In this document: one piece after another, positions 19,248-29,515 of the stretch
Position numbering within the stretch: the stretch's first letter is position 1
How the letters are laid out: every line of letters starts with the position of its first letter
NCBI GenBank assembly: GCA_965246715.1
Contig: CBDFFH010000015.1
Coordinates: 224,001-288,000 of the forward strand
Source: Chamaesiphon sp.
Lineage (GTDB): Bacteria; Cyanobacteriota; Cyanobacteriia; Cyanobacteriales; Chamaesiphonaceae
Length of the DNA stretch: 64,000 nucleotides
Direction of reading: 5' to 3'
Program-made: the position numbers and the translations under genes
Notes under the pieces: model-generated
What the model saw: only the letters and a program-made list of their open reading frames with translations
The model's database searches: none
Told to the model about the DNA's origin: nothing

Positions 19248-20012
19248 ATGAATTTGTCTCCAGAAAATTCCGATCCTTTAATTCATCACGAGCTAGATGA
19301 TTCAGAAATTGGTATCGGCGGAGTGGCGGTAGCGCTGTTAATTATCTCCATTTGGGCGATCGGGTTAGGATTTTTGTGGACTACTGTAAACGTCGATCGA
19401 CTGCCACTGTGGTGTACGCTCTTGGCGATTTTGTGGCAAGCCTTTATCTATACGGGGCTATTTATTACCGCTCACGATGCCATGCACGGGGCAATCGCTC
19501 CTAAATCTCCTCGCCTCAATCGGGCGATCGGTCAGTTTACGCTGATCGCCTATGGTTTGTTCTCCTACGAGCGGCTGTTAACAGCGCATCGTCAGCACCA
19601 TCACCATCCCGCTAGCGATTTAGATCCTGACTTTCATGATGGTAACTCTACTAGCGCTGTCGCTTGGTATTTGTACTTTATGAAACGTTATTGGAATTGG
19701 ATGCAGTTTCTCGCCCAAGTTACTACATTTCACATCTTCCATCTGATTTGCGGCATTCCCGAAGCAAACCTGATCCTGTTTTGGATCGTGCCGGCATTAA
19801 TGAGTTCGATGCAACTGTTCTATTTTGGAACTTTTCTACCACATAGCGAACCCCAAGATGGCTACAAGGACAAATTTCGCACCCAAAGCAGCTATCGACC
19901 GCTGTGGTTGTCATTTGTTACTTGTTACCACTTCGGTTATCATCACGAACACCACCGCTTTCCAAATTTAGCTTGGTGGCAATTGCCCAAGGCAGTCCGC
20001 TCTCTAACATGA
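19248..20012 (+). CDS. crtW: beta-carotene ketolase
   Basis: TGLFITAHDAMHG, HRQHHHHP..DPDFH, LFYFGTFLPH, CYHFGYHHEHH. Confidence 0.9.
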   Translation: MNLSPENSDPLIHHELDDSEIGIGGVAVALLIISIWAIGLGFLWTTVNVDRLPLWCTLLAILWQAFIYTGLFITAHDAMHGAIAPKSPRLNRAIGQFTLIAYGLFSYERLLTAHRQHHHHPASDLDPDFHDGNSTSAVAWYLYFMKRYWNWMQFLAQVTTFHIFHLICGIPEANLILFWIVPALMSSMQLFYFGTFLPHSEPQDGYKDKFRTQSSYRPLWLSFVTCYHFGYHHEHHRFPNLAWWQLPKAVRSLT

Positions 20013-20039
20013 ATGCGGTGCTGGATTCCAAGACAAAAA

Positions 20040-20070
20040 TATAGGGGTACCTACTAGTGATACCCCTATA
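20040..20070. terminator. hairpin between convergent crtW and ndhK
   Basis: TATAGGGGTA...TACCCCTATA. Confidence 0.55.
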
Positions 20071-20129
20071 AAATGAGTAAAAGCCGCAAGGAGTACCCCG
20101 ACTCAGATTTTTAATTTAACCAGATCGAA

Positions 20130-20894
20130 CTACTTAAGCGTGAGATCGTTAGTTGTCTCCAGACTGGGTTGCGGTTGAGAGGTTAATAATGCTGGTGGTA
20201 GCACCTCTGCACCTATGCCTGCGGCGATTTCAGCAGGTAGGCGTTCGTAGTTGCCATCTTGCAAGTAAGCCCCAGTATGCAGCGGTGCGATGACGCGTAG
20301 ATTATGGGTAGTAGTGTAATAACGATGCGTTTGTTGCTGTTGTAACCGCTGTTGCATCGATTCGGTGGCGATTTTCTTGCGGAGTTTAATCAATGCATCG
20401 AGTAAAGCTTCTGGACGCGGCGGACATCCAGGCAGATAGACATCCACTGGGATGAGTTTATCCACGCCTCGCACCGCCGTGTGCGAGTCGGCACTAAACA
20501 TTCCCCCCGTAATCGTACAGGCTCCCATGGCAATTACATATTTAGGTTCGGGCATCTGTTCGTACAGTCGAATCAGTGCTGGAGCCATTTTCATCGTAAT
20601 CGTCCCAGCCGTGATAATTAAGTCTGCCTGACGGGGACTATTGCGGGGAAAACTACCAGTTCGATCGAGATCGAATCGAGCACCAAGTAGCGCCGCAAAT
20701 TCAATAAAGCAACATGCAGTGCCAAATTGGAGCGGATACAGACTGGAATATCGCGCCCAATCATAGATATCGTCTACGGTGGTTAAAATAACATTTTCAG
20801 ACAGATTGGTAGTGACTTGGGGGCGTGCTACCGGATTCATCATGCGATTTGCCGAGGGCGAGGCTTCGCCAACGAGATCGTTATGTTGCAACAT
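20130..20894 (-). CDS. ndhK: NDH-1 subunit K, stand-alone copy (ndhK2-like)
   Basis: [41 protein letters not shown]; no ndhC or ndhJ adjacent. Confidence 0.92.
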   Translation of the reverse strand: MLQHNDLVGEASPSANRMMNPVARPQVTTNLSENVILTTVDDIYDWARYSSLYPLQFGTACCFIEFAALLGARFDLDRTGSFPRNSPRQADLIITAGTITMKMAPALIRLYEQMPEPKYVIAMGACTITGGMFSADSHTAVRGVDKLIPVDVYLPGCPPRPEALLDALIKLRKKIATESMQQRLQQQQTHRYYTTTHNLRVIAPLHTGAYLQDGNYERLPAEIAAGIGAEVLPPALLTSQPQPSLETTNDLTLK

Positions 20895-21099
20895 TTTTTA
20901 GCTCCTGTTGACAGATCGATCGAGCAGAGAGTGAGTATTGGCTATTTCCAGCTTGGCAATCATGCGGTTAAGTTCTTGCTTGAATTGATTGACTAATTTA
21001 CAAAATTTAGTAAATATTTACTGCCAAAATTTCAGCTCGAGCGGTGCGCGATCGGATCCGTACGCAAATGTGCTAAGTTCGGCAAAGTTCGATCGTCAG

Positions 21100-21426
21100 C
21101 CAAGAGTAAGCATCGTGTCTGAAGCCACAATCCATCAGGGATTCGCCCCAGCGCCTAGCATTAAAGTTAAACCCGATCGGGTGGCTGAGAGTTTATTATC
21201 GATGGAATGTCGGCTCTATCAAATCGTCCCCCAGGGCGAAGGTGCCAGCGCGGCCAATTATGTCTTTGGGGAAGTCGCTTATTTTCATGTTGCTAACGAC
21301 TTAATCGTGAATAGTCAAATCGACCATCTCCGGATCGATTATGTCTCCCGGCTAGGTAAGGATTGGTATGCACGCACCAATACAAATTCGATGTTCGAGC
21401 TGCCGCGTCCGCCACAGATTGGTTGA
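21100..21426 (+). pseudogene. C-terminal half of a flavin reductase-like (DIM6/NTAB) protein
   Basis: PSIKVKPDRVAES..MECRL..VFGEV..FHV..SRLGKDWY..FELPRP; the N-terminal half and a plausible start are missing. Confidence 0.7.
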
Positions 21427-21447
21427 GATGGCAGCTCGATCGAAGCG

Positions 21448-21717
21448 TTATAGTCTGGAACCGATCGTAGCAACTAATACGACCAAACCTAATGTCCGGC
21501 GAAAGGTATTAACACCTTGAAATAATTCCATTAACGACCAGACAAAAATGGAACCGTAGGAGATCGCATCTAAAGCCGCGTAAAGACTACCATTGTTAGC
21601 AACTAATTTAAGGATGCTGGCGACTGCCCACACGGTAATGGGGATATTCGGCGGCTGGATGATGACCACATTGCCTTTGTCATCTTGAAAAAATCGATCG
21701 AGTGAGCTAGCTTGCAT
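21448..21717 (-). CDS. small membrane protein
   Basis: FFQDDKGNVVIIQPPN, WSLMELFQGVNTFRRTLG. Confidence 0.7.
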   Translation of the reverse strand: MQASSLDRFFQDDKGNVVIIQPPNIPITVWAVASILKLVANNGSLYAALDAISYGSIFVWSLMELFQGVNTFRRTLGLVVLVATIGSRL

Positions 21718-21938
21718 AATGATATAAATGAGCAAATTTATCGATAAATTTGCACTAATTAGATAGGTTTATTTAGTTATGATTATCTAAGACCGATGTT
21801 TGATTTTTTGAGTGATTTGTTTGAATAAAATTGCCCCCAGAGATATTAGTTTCTAGCAGCTCTCGATCGCGATCGAGTTTCGATCCTCATGGGAGGACGC
21901 TGGCTGAATAGGCGATCGAGAGCGACGGATCGAATAAA

Positions 21939-24416
21939 TCATTGGCGTTGCTGTTCGATTTCTAAAGTTAAACTGTGATAGATGCCCCAAATTGCCATCG
22001 CGCGTAGATAGTGACTGGCGCGAAAAGTTCCGGCGGAAGTAATGGCTTCTGGCGTTCTAAATTGCAATCCATTAGCATATACCTGTTCGACGATCGTCTG
22101 AGCTAATTTTAATCCCTCCGATCGCATTCCCATTTGCACTAAAAAGGCGGCAATCCCAAAATTAATTCCCGTCCATACTTCGAGTGGATGTGTATCTTTT
22201 GGATCGAGCGGCGAGCCATCGATTTTAACGCCATTGGCAGCACCAAATTCACCGTTTTGAAAATTGAGGAAGCAGGATAGATAGATAGTTTGGAGCGCAG
22301 TTTTGGCACAATCTAGCGGCACGATGTCATCGAGTTGGAGCAACTTGGCATAAAATTGACCGCATAATTGATCTGCCATTACTACTTCCGAACCGCTGCC
22401 AGTATCGATTCGATAGTAACTTCCATTCCAGAGCTGTTGTTGATAAATAGGTTTGCCAATGTCCAACCAAGTTTGATATTGGGCGATAATAGTCGCTGGA
22501 GCGGGTAGAAGTTCGGTGTGATATTCTTGAATTAGAATTTGACCGATCGCGATCGCGGCTTCGAGTGCTGCCAGCCACAGTCCACCACAATAAGCACTAA
22601 TTCCTTGCAGTCGCCAATCATCAAAGGTTTGATCGGGTGCGCCAGAGTTTTCAATGATGCCATCGTTATCTAAATCGAACTGTTTGAGATAGGCTAAAGT
22701 ATCGACAATTGCCGACCAACATTCGGCAAGAAATTCAACATCTTTTTTGCCAGTAAAGATGTAAGCTCGATAAACTTGCAATACAAAATCGCTACCCAAA
22801 TCTTTCCAAAGATTGCAATCTTGGTAGCAGGTATAGTTAGTTTTCTCCCAGGGGTGTTCGTTGGGTGCGCCGAGATCGTGAGGGGTGGCATGAAGCGCTT
22901 TACGAACGGCCATCATTGCATCTCGATCGACATTTTGCGGACGATCTCCATAGCCAAATGCCGTTTGGACGTAGTAGCCGATCGATCGTTTATGATTATC
23001 CTCGGCAGGAATAGCTCTAGCGAAGGCAATTAATACCGATTTCTCTAATTTCGGCCACAGCATTAAGAGCGAAAATGAGCCATACAACCGGACATCTAAG
23101 CTTTCATACCAACGATAATCCAGACATTCTAATACACCAAATTGTCCCACCGGATCGCGTTCGTCAGCAGCACTCCATAATGTCCCACCATCTGTCAGGA
23201 GATATAGCTCGTTAAACAGCGCCATCTTGAACCAATCTGGTAGATCGGCGCGATCGAGAATTGGTTGTTGCCAGTTGACGATCGATTCTTGCCAAGTATC
23301 ATATTGTTTCAATGCCGTGCGAGTTATCGCCCAAGCATTTTGACTCGATCGACCGAAGAAATCTGTATAGCGTCGATAATAATTTACCCCTTTGGCAAAT
23401 TCTGTAACTGGAAAATCCCAGGCGAGAATAAATGGAATTTTTTTGGTTTTTCCTGGCTCAATCGTAAAACGAATGGTTATCGCAGCGGCAATTTGTTCGT
23501 TCTTAGTTGCTGGAGTTTCATCATCGATATCGGGTAGCGAACCATCGCTGGCAAAAGTATTCCAAATTTCGCTACCATCGCCAGCAGGATTCCACCGAGA
23601 ATGATAAAATACTTCGACACTAGGATTGGCAATACTCGCGATCGACCATTGTCCTTCTCCTTCTGCTGGTAAATCGGCACCGCTCTCTCGAGCTAATAGA
23701 CAGCCAACTCGATAATTATCAACAATCCACTGATTGTAATTACCTTCACTCTCTCCCCACTGAGATTGATAATCATAGACTGGACTGCCATCGTCGCGAA
23801 TTTTGATTTCATTTGAGGGATTGCCATTCGCAAACCAGCCGACGGTATTTTGCCAAGTTAGCATGATACTTAGCGTAATCGGTCGATCGGTCGGATTGTG
23901 TGCCGTCCATTCAAATACGGCAACTGGATAGGATGTTTCTTGATAGTTATCCGCCCAAATCGGCGAAAATTGCTCGCAAGTTAATTGCGCCTGCAAGACG
24001 TTTTCATAGCTGTACCAACTCCGAGGATATAGAGCTTGGTATGTACCCGTCGAATGACCTGCTGGAGTTGTTTGGGGATATAATTGCCACTGACTCAAAC
24101 TATTGTCTTGCGGTGCTACCGTACTCATCGCATAAGCCTGAGTCTCGCCATCTTCAACACTTTCAAATACACTAAATTGACAGGCTGCAAGGTTTTTAAA
24201 AATATGTTCGCCGCCGTCAATGTGCCACAAATTAAACTCCCCGCGATGCGATCTGCCGATACATCCAGCACCAAATCCACCCAAAGGCATTCCATGAAAC
24301 GGGCCATCGTCGAGATTGCTCTCATAGCGCACGGTGTAAGGTTTGTCCCAGCCACGATCGAATTGACGTTGCCAAGTAGCAGCAGGAATTGGCGGACGTG
24401 GTGCGGGATTAAGCAT
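21939..24416 (-). CDS. GH116 beta-glucosidase (GBA2-like non-lysosomal glucosylceramidase)
   Basis: GMPLGGFGAGCIGR, LECLDY..YESLDVRLY, PDQTFDDW, FRTPEA, YLRAMAIW; start set at ATG 24416. Confidence 0.92.
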   Translation of the reverse strand: MLNPAPRPPIPAATWQRQFDRGWDKPYTVRYESNLDDGPFHGMPLGGFGAGCIGRSHRGEFNLWHIDGGEHIFKNLAACQFSVFESVEDGETQAYAMSTVAPQDNSLSQWQLYPQTTPAGHSTGTYQALYPRSWYSYENVLQAQLTCEQFSPIWADNYQETSYPVAVFEWTAHNPTDRPITLSIMLTWQNTVGWFANGNPSNEIKIRDDGSPVYDYQSQWGESEGNYNQWIVDNYRVGCLLARESGADLPAEGEGQWSIASIANPSVEVFYHSRWNPAGDGSEIWNTFASDGSLPDIDDETPATKNEQIAAAITIRFTIEPGKTKKIPFILAWDFPVTEFAKGVNYYRRYTDFFGRSSQNAWAITRTALKQYDTWQESIVNWQQPILDRADLPDWFKMALFNELYLLTDGGTLWSAADERDPVGQFGVLECLDYRWYESLDVRLYGSFSLLMLWPKLEKSVLIAFARAIPAEDNHKRSIGYYVQTAFGYGDRPQNVDRDAMMAVRKALHATPHDLGAPNEHPWEKTNYTCYQDCNLWKDLGSDFVLQVYRAYIFTGKKDVEFLAECWSAIVDTLAYLKQFDLDNDGIIENSGAPDQTFDDWRLQGISAYCGGLWLAALEAAIAIGQILIQEYHTELLPAPATIIAQYQTWLDIGKPIYQQQLWNGSYYRIDTGSGSEVVMADQLCGQFYAKLLQLDDIVPLDCAKTALQTIYLSCFLNFQNGEFGAANGVKIDGSPLDPKDTHPLEVWTGINFGIAAFLVQMGMRSEGLKLAQTIVEQVYANGLQFRTPEAITSAGTFRASHYLRAMAIWGIYHSLTLEIEQQRQ

Positions 24417-24598
24417 AGGAGATCGGTGAGAACTATAGAAGAGTATAGTCAAGAACGCGACTATTTATTCTTCGATCGCGCGTCTACCCCAATCGATCGA
24501 TCTATTACCGCTCGATTCCGACTCAACTATTCTGGCAATTCTGCCAAACTTGTCAGATCGAGCAATGCTTCACCAATCTGCTTCAATTGCGGCATCGT

Positions 24599-24920
24599 TA
24601 ACGTCAGTTCGGGTTAAGGATTTCTCGTTTAGGCCATTCTCGGACTAATGCTTTTCTGGAGGTTGCCAGTAGGTGGAACCCGGATCTGGGGGTTCCGACC
24701 CCCAGACCCCCCGTTGAGGAGCGGGGTGCCGCCCCTCAAACTCCCCTGCACAAGGGTCGATCTGTGAGCAGCAGAGAGCGCTTCGCATTAGCTCCGAACT
24801 TGATTGTGTCTTGTTGCGCTGCTTGGTGGAATGCTTTCGTGTCGGGAAACCCGACGGGCACGAGCCGCAAATCGGGGCTAAGGTTGCAAAGTCCGCCTAG
24901 CTGGACTTTGCAACCTTAGC
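24599..24920. repeat. composite repeat: MITE-type end, GC-rich mosaic element and REP-like hairpin
   Basis: TAACGTCAGTTCGGGTTAAGGA at 24599; GC-rich block 24677-24868 matches 50127-50294 inverted; hairpin GCTAAGGTTGCAAAGTCC..GGACTTTGCAACCTTAGC at 24877-24920. Confidence 0.8.
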
Positions 24921-24956
24921 GGTTAAAACCACCGCTGAGATTATCGATAGCTTGGG

Positions 24957-26300
24957 TTAAATATTACTCGCTACACCCCATTTTTTCAGGGAATCGATCG
25001 CACTTTGATAAGACTGACGATCGCCATTTTGCCGAAAGAGTTTTGCAGCTTGTTGGAGATCTTTAATCCCACTCGGCCGATCGTTTAATCGATCGTATTT
25101 GAGTTGTCCGCGTAATTTATAGGCATTGGCATAATTAGGATCGAGTCGAATTGCCTCATCATACTCGACCAATGCGCCTTGAGGATCGTTGAGCTTTTCG
25201 GCCTTGAGAATGCCGCGATTGTAGTAGGGATTGGCATATTTAGGATCGAGTTCGATCGCCTGATTCAGATCTGCTAAGGCTCCGGATAAATCGTTGAGCT
25301 TTTCTAACTTGAGAACGCCACGGTAATGATAGGATCTCGCATCATTTTTGTTGAGTTTGAGTGCTTGGTTATAATCAGCCAAAGATCCTTGCACATCGTT
25401 AAGTTTTTCTTGTTTGAGTATGCCACGATTGTTGTATGCAGGTGGATATTGAGGATCGAGCTGGATCGATCGATTGTAGTCCGCTAAAGCACCTTGGGGG
25501 TCATTGAGCTTGGTGTCTTTCAGATTACCGCGATGGTAGTAAGCGATCGCGTTATTCGGATCGAGTTTGATTGCTTGGTTATAATCTGCTAATGCACCTG
25601 ACGTATCTTTAAATTTTTGCGATCGCAAGTTACCCCGATTATAGTACGCGATCGCACTATTCGGCTCGATTCTGACAGCTTGGTTATAATCAGCGATCGC
25701 ACCCTGAAGATCGTTGAGTTTAGTTTCTTTGACTAAGCCACGATGGTAGTAAGCATTGGCATAACTTGGCGCGAGTTGAATTGCCTTATTAAAGTCGGAT
25801 AATCCCCCTGGGACATCATTGAGTTGCTCGGCTTTAAGTAGGCCACGATTGCTATATGCTTCAGCATATTTAGGCGCGAGTTGGATTGCCCGATTGTAAT
25901 CGTACAATGCCCATTGTTGATTGTTAGGCTTGAGCGATTTTAGCAACCCGCGATTGTGATAAGCTTCAGCAAACTTATAGTTGAGTTTAATTGCTTTACT
26001 ATACTCGGCGATCGCGCCTTGACGATCTCCTTTGTTAGCCTTCTGTACAGCCAGCGAAAACAGCTCGTTTGCTTTAACTATTCGCTCGGCGGCTTCGAGT
26101 TTGCGGCGTTCTCGATCGGCGGGAGTCAACCGTTCGCTAGCGAGCATCGAAGTTAGATGATGCGATGTAGAGATAGTTTTGATGCTAGCGCTAGCTGTTG
26201 AAATAGCATTTGCAGTATTAGCTGTAACTGGTAGTTGCAATAAGGAAATAACCGTACCGATGGCAATCGAGCTTGTCCAGAATATTACCTGATTCAACAT
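24957..26300 (-). CDS. secreted TPR repeat protein
   Basis: Signal peptide plus about 10 repeats AY..RG.LK..KLND.QGALADYN.AI.LDP. Confidence 0.9.
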   Translation of the reverse strand: MLNQVIFWTSSIAIGTVISLLQLPVTANTANAISTASASIKTISTSHHLTSMLASERLTPADRERRKLEAAERIVKANELFSLAVQKANKGDRQGAIAEYSKAIKLNYKFAEAYHNRGLLKSLKPNNQQWALYDYNRAIQLAPKYAEAYSNRGLLKAEQLNDVPGGLSDFNKAIQLAPSYANAYYHRGLVKETKLNDLQGAIADYNQAVRIEPNSAIAYYNRGNLRSQKFKDTSGALADYNQAIKLDPNNAIAYYHRGNLKDTKLNDPQGALADYNRSIQLDPQYPPAYNNRGILKQEKLNDVQGSLADYNQALKLNKNDARSYHYRGVLKLEKLNDLSGALADLNQAIELDPKYANPYYNRGILKAEKLNDPQGALVEYDEAIRLDPNYANAYKLRGQLKYDRLNDRPSGIKDLQQAAKLFRQNGDRQSYQSAIDSLKKWGVASNI

Positions 26301-26477
26301 AACTTTAAACTCTCCAGTAGGGTGAATCGATTGTTGTATGTCGTTATATCACTACTCTACAATCTTTTTCAATTTGGAGATGTAACACAGCACTCGTTCG
26401 TCGCTCGTTCTGTAGCGAGTCGCTTTCCCCTTTCCCCTATTTCATTAGGGATTTTATGTCTGGGGCAAGAGGTGAGA

Positions 26478-29400
26478 TTACTCAGAAGCTGGTGTTGCTA
26501 TTGGCGATGCTCCAGCAGAGCGACTACGATCGCGAAAAATCGCATTCAGGGCTTCGGGCAAAGTTTCTGCCATCACGATCCGATTTTCATACGCCACAAT
26601 TACGCGGACTAAAGTGGGAATTTGATTTTGACTAGCTTCTAGATACAGCGGCTCGATATATAGTAATGACTGTTCGATCGGGACGATAAGTAGGTTTCCT
26701 TGAAGTACACGCGAACCCTGGCGATTCCACAGCGAAATTTGACTAGAGATTGCCGGATCTTGGTTGATCCGCGCTTCGATTTGTTCGGGGCCGAAAATGA
26801 GTCTTTGCTTGGGGAAAGTGTAGAGTAATAACTTGCCATAGTTCTCGCCATCGGAACGTGCCGCCAACCAGGCAACCAAATTCGTCCGCTGTTGGGGGGT
26901 ATATGGTAGCAGCAGCATAAATTCAGGGATCGGAATCGTGGGTAGGCTGGTAATTAGATAATATGGCTCCACTAGTTTGGGTTTATCGCCATAAACCTCG
27001 TTCGGGACTTGCCATTGGTCTTCGCGATTGTAAAATACCTGTGGATCGGTCATGTGATAGGTCATCAGCCGCTCCGATTGCATCTTGAAGATGTCCTCGG
27101 GATAGCGAATGTGTCGCTGGAGATTTACCGGCATCGCGCTCAGCGGCGCGAACAAATCCGGGAAAATTTTCGCCCAGGTCGTGACGATCGGATCGCGCGG
27201 ATCGGCCACATAAAAGCTCACCGAGCCATGATAAGCATCGATAACAACTTTGACAGAGTTGCGAATATAATTGATGCCTTCCTTGCCAATATCCGAGTAG
27301 GGATAGCGATCGCTAGTAGTATAAGCATCGACGATCCAGTATAAATAACTGGCATCCTTAATATCTGTGGGGTTCTTTCTGGCATCAGTAGCCACTAAAT
27401 ACGGATCGCGATCGAATCGCAGAAATGGCGCGATTTCTCGGATGCGTCGATCGATATTCCGCCGCATTAACAGCTTGGTTTCCGGCAAAAATTCCGGCGT
27501 GAAGACCATTCGCCAATCGTTGAGATATTTCGCAAATAGCAATCTCCGCCACAGCGAATCGAGTTTAATGCCGCCGCGCCCATCATAGACGTTATAGACA
27601 TTATCGTTACCGCTAGGATAGTCTAGCTCCTTCACCTTTGTCCCCGTCATGACATTGGTGTCAGTATTCTCGCCATAATAAATCCGAGGTTGGCCGATGG
27701 GAATATTCGATCGCACCACATCGCTAGAAGTCTTCAGGTGAGTGTGGGTATCGCTCCCGATATCTTTGACAAAATATTCGGGCAATCCCCCCTGAGCCAC
27801 TTTATTGACAGGGCTAAGGGTAAAACCATAACCGTGAGTATAAATTAAATGCTCGTTTATCCAAGTTTGTGCCTGTTTGGGTACCGACGCATAATCCAAC
27901 TCCCGCGCCGCAATCAATACCTGCTGGGTTTGGATTGCTGGTGCGAGCGTATTCGCACCTTTGGCTGAATTATCTAAATTCGCCACATCTATCTCCCCAT
28001 CTCCCGCTTGCCCGATCGTCCCCGCTTCCCGCCGCTTCTCAGCCAAACTATATCGATCGATATCCGCATCGAGAAAACGATAGTAGAGCCGAATCTGCTG
28101 GAGTTGACGATTGGTAGCCAGGAGCGGCTGTTCGTCCCAGATCCGCACGTTCCTAATGGTGAGGTCGTTGGCTTGAATCTTGGCTGCTGTCAGATTGGCT
28201 TGAGGATCGAATGTTTGGGTAGTGATATTATCCAGCCCGAATGCCTGTCGCGTCATGGCGATCGTCCGCCGGATATAGGGCGCTTCGCGGGCTAGTTCGT
28301 TGGGTTGCACTACCAGAGCTTGAAAGATGAACGGAAAGACTATGGTTGTCGAGATCGCCAGTACTGAGTACGATCCGAGCATCAATCGCAGCGGTTGACG
28401 TTCGAGTGGTTGGCGGCGACAGTAAATCGCTCGCCAGAGCAAGTATCCCGCGATTGCAAAGGCGCAGACGCTCGACAGGCGATCGGCTGGTAACTGGACG
28501 GCAATATCGGTATAACTAGCGCCATAAGACACCCCCCGCGAGGAGTATAGCAATCGATCGCAGTTAATCCCATAGCTCAAGCCCACTACTAGCATCACCG
28601 CCGCACCCAAGCCGCACAGATGCCGCTGTTGAGCGCGATCGAATCCCAGAAATCTGCCCTGGCTGAGGCTATTGCCAGCGAGTAAGTAAGTTAATAGGAC
28701 AGCCACAAACCCATACAGACAGATGCCCATCAGCCCAAATTCCACCAGTTCCGCCACTGGCAAGCCAAAAACATAAGCACTAATATCTCGATCGAAGACG
28801 GGGTCTCGATCGCCGAAAGCGGTAGCTTGAAAATAGGGCAGTATTCGCATCCATTGCTGAGCATATACCCAAGCGATCGAAATACTCAGGACGAGCGAGA
28901 TCGAACTTAGTAAGATGCGGGGATAAACGATCGTCACGAGCGCTAACATCCCCATCACAGCAGCAATCCACAACCGATCGATCGAGTGTCGGACTAAATG
29001 CCAGCTCGCTTCTGGACGAAATAAAATTGGCGCTGGTGGGGCAATATTTGGCAACTTGGGATCGATCGCCGATTGACCGATCGCTACTTGTAAATAGTGC
29101 GCTAAAATCGTGCCCATCAGCAGACTCAAACCGATCGTTACCGGGACTAACCAGCTTAGGTTTGAAACAAGCGGCATCCGCTCGGACGCTGAATTACCTA
29201 CTAAAGATCTTGAGGCTGGTAGCCGATCTGTGTCGGTTGATGGTGGTAAGGATTTCAGCCGTTGGGCGATCGCTAGATTGCCAAACAGATACATCATCGC
29301 GATGACAAATGCACTCACCCCGAGTGCTGCTTGGGTTTCGAGTCGCAGTCGGTACATGGGTAAATAACCGACTTCCTCAAACCACAGCAACTGAGCACCC

Positions 29401-29504
29401 AGCCGGGCGACAAGCTCGATCGCTAGCCATAGCAACAATAGTGCGATCGGTACCAGTAGATAGCGCCTAGGAAATTTAGCTGACTGTGGTAACGATCGCT
29501 TCAC
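26478..29504 (-). CDS. UPF0182 family membrane protein
   Basis: [65 protein letters not shown]. Confidence 0.95.
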   Translation of the reverse strand: MKRSLPQSAKFPRRYLLVPIALLLLWLAIELVARLGAQLLWFEEVGYLPMYRLRLETQAALGVSAFVIAMMYLFGNLAIAQRLKSLPPSTDTDRLPASRSLVGNSASERMPLVSNLSWLVPVTIGLSLLMGTILAHYLQVAIGQSAIDPKLPNIAPPAPILFRPEASWHLVRHSIDRLWIAAVMGMLALVTIVYPRILLSSISLVLSISIAWVYAQQWMRILPYFQATAFGDRDPVFDRDISAYVFGLPVAELVEFGLMGICLYGFVAVLLTYLLAGNSLSQGRFLGFDRAQQRHLCGLGAAVMLVVGLSYGINCDRLLYSSRGVSYGASYTDIAVQLPADRLSSVCAFAIAGYLLWRAIYCRRQPLERQPLRLMLGSYSVLAISTTIVFPFIFQALVVQPNELAREAPYIRRTIAMTRQAFGLDNITTQTFDPQANLTAAKIQANDLTIRNVRIWDEQPLLATNRQLQQIRLYYRFLDADIDRYSLAEKRREAGTIGQAGDGEIDVANLDNSAKGANTLAPAIQTQQVLIAARELDYASVPKQAQTWINEHLIYTHGYGFTLSPVNKVAQGGLPEYFVKDIGSDTHTHLKTSSDVVRSNIPIGQPRIYYGENTDTNVMTGTKVKELDYPSGNDNVYNVYDGRGGIKLDSLWRRLLFAKYLNDWRMVFTPEFLPETKLLMRRNIDRRIREIAPFLRFDRDPYLVATDARKNPTDIKDASYLYWIVDAYTTSDRYPYSDIGKEGINYIRNSVKVVIDAYHGSVSFYVADPRDPIVTTWAKIFPDLFAPLSAMPVNLQRHIRYPEDIFKMQSERLMTYHMTDPQVFYNREDQWQVPNEVYGDKPKLVEPYYLITSLPTIPIPEFMLLLPYTPQQRTNLVAWLAARSDGENYGKLLLYTFPKQRLIFGPEQIEARINQDPAISSQISLWNRQGSRVLQGNLLIVPIEQSLLYIEPLYLEASQNQIPTLVRVIVAYENRIVMAETLPEALNAIFRDRSRSAGASPIATPASE

Positions 29505-29515
29505 TGTGAAAATTC

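Noticed and set aside
24957..26300. Regular ~105-bp periodicity as a possible CRISPR or nucleotide array
   Set aside because: Explained by 35-aa TPR coding repeats; no constant repeat with unique spacers and no cas genes in the window
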